64,000 nt of DNA from Podarcis liolepis (Eukaryota): NCBI GenBank assembly GCA_965112155.1, contig OZ218103.1, one strand, 5' to 3'. Below are positions 62,543 through 64,000 of this stretch, in pieces. The translations under genes were made by a program, and so were the position numbers. Position 1 is the stretch's first letter. Every line of letters starts with the position of its first letter. The notes under the pieces are model-generated. The model ran no database searches. It was given only the letters and a program-made list of their open reading frames with translations, and was not told the DNA's origin.

Positions 62543-64000
62543 TTGTGCTGCTGGAGAAAAGGTGGACAGCCTTATGCCTAGAGGCCAAATTCAGCCCTCC
62601 AGACTTTTCTCTCTGGCCTTCAGATTCTCCCCAGGCCATATCCTTCACTGGCCCTGCTTTGCATTTTGGGTAGCGGTGGCTGTTTGCCTGGCCAGCTGGC
62701 ATATCCCTCTGATAATGCCTCTTGCTTGTCTAGCTAGAGGATAGAGGAGGGCGTACATAGAAACTACCATATAAACCGTATAAAGATAGAAATGTACATT
62801 CATTGCATTTTTGCATCTTGCCTCAACCACCATGGGCATATGGACCTCAGAAGGTTGTCTGGAAAGGTCTGGGGCCTTTAAGCTGTAAACAGTTCCCCAC
62901 CACTATGCACAAGAGCACAGCCTGGTATAAATCTCTGCTTTCTTTCCCAGAACTGGATTCTGTTTAGTTTGTAGCACAGTTCTGCTGTTACACATTTTGT
63001 GGTTTTATCAGATGGGCATTTGCAGTCCCAGGTCTCAAAGCTGAGCACTGCGGTATTTCGCCAGCGTACTACCCTTGACACAAGAAGGCCCCCAGATTTA
63101 TGTGTTTTCAAATTAAGTATCAAATTATCAGAGGAAATCTTCGTTAGAATAATAGGTATTGGCTTAATTCTTAAGGCTAGCAGTGCCTGCAATTAATGAA
63201 TAGGTATGGACAACACCCCAGGATCTATGCCTTGGTACATAATTAATGGGAATATAGGCACAAGCTAGCCAATGTGTCTCTGAAGTATTGCCCTCTGTTG
63301 AGTGGAACCTCTCTTGGATCAAGCCATACCAGTCTTGTTGCTTCCAATCAAAACTCAATACAGTGCTGATATTTAAAGGGGAAATGTTATATGGAACAAG
63401 GCAAGATTTGGAGATGTTTCATCAGAAATGGCTGCTACACTACATGGTAGTTTTGATACACCTTGCTTATCCCAGAGGTTGTGCAAATGTTTGCATGCTC
63501 CTGTTGCTTGAGAGCCAGACAAACTATGGCACACAGTCATGTGTGACTTTCCCCAGATTCTTGTTTGTGAGTTTTAATGGTGGGGTAAGGGGAGTTGTTT
63601 AAGGCTTTGGCTATTTTCCTGCTTAAAATCACCCCCACAAGCTGATTTCCCACATAAGGGAGAATGGGATATTTTACCTTATAGGTAGAAAAACAGATAG
63701 GAAGGAGACACTTCTGAGCAGAAAATTCTTGTGTGAAGACTGACCTTACCATTTTGGGGTAGGTAAAGAACAAATCATGTAACCCCCCTTTAGTGTCTTG
63801 TGAGTTGTCCGAAAACTGGTGACATGAGGGGATGTCCCTGGGCAATAAGCCCACAACTTGCACACATGTAACTTGTGCACATTCAGCTTTCTGCACTTGG
63901 CAAAAATGAATAAATAAATAAATAAAATAAAAAGGGAGCAGGTGTCTGGGGGGGAAGACTTTGACAACCCCCCTCGCCATTGAATCCAATGTGTTTTGAT

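Overview
Vertebrate, CpG-depleted, repeat-rich non-coding DNA, almost certainly from a squamate and most likely a lacertid lizard. The diagnostic repeats are a Sauria SINE, a BovB LINE, tRNA-Lys/CR1-tail SINEs, a Squam3-like SINE, and CR1, L2 and L1 fragments. I recognise no intact host protein-coding exon; every ORF with recognisable homology is a transposon relic. The only gene-like signal is a candidate promoter and non-coding first exon on the minus strand at about 13.1-13.35 kb. The most striking structure is a pogo/Tigger-type MITE (29722-30573). Its interior is a CpG-rich 119-bp x5 tandem array built from long, partly perfect palindromes, while a sibling with the same ends (17421-17676) carries a different palindrome. 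Three TACCGGTA motifs look like excision scars of this family. Other observations: a MITE end repaired with two sequence patches copied from about 1 kb upstream and downstream; a decayed (TCTCGCGAGA)n array; a solo LTR with a compact promoter; two SINE families with different tRNA heads on the same CR1 tail; Copia and Gypsy relics; several nested insertions; and a 174-N assembly gap.
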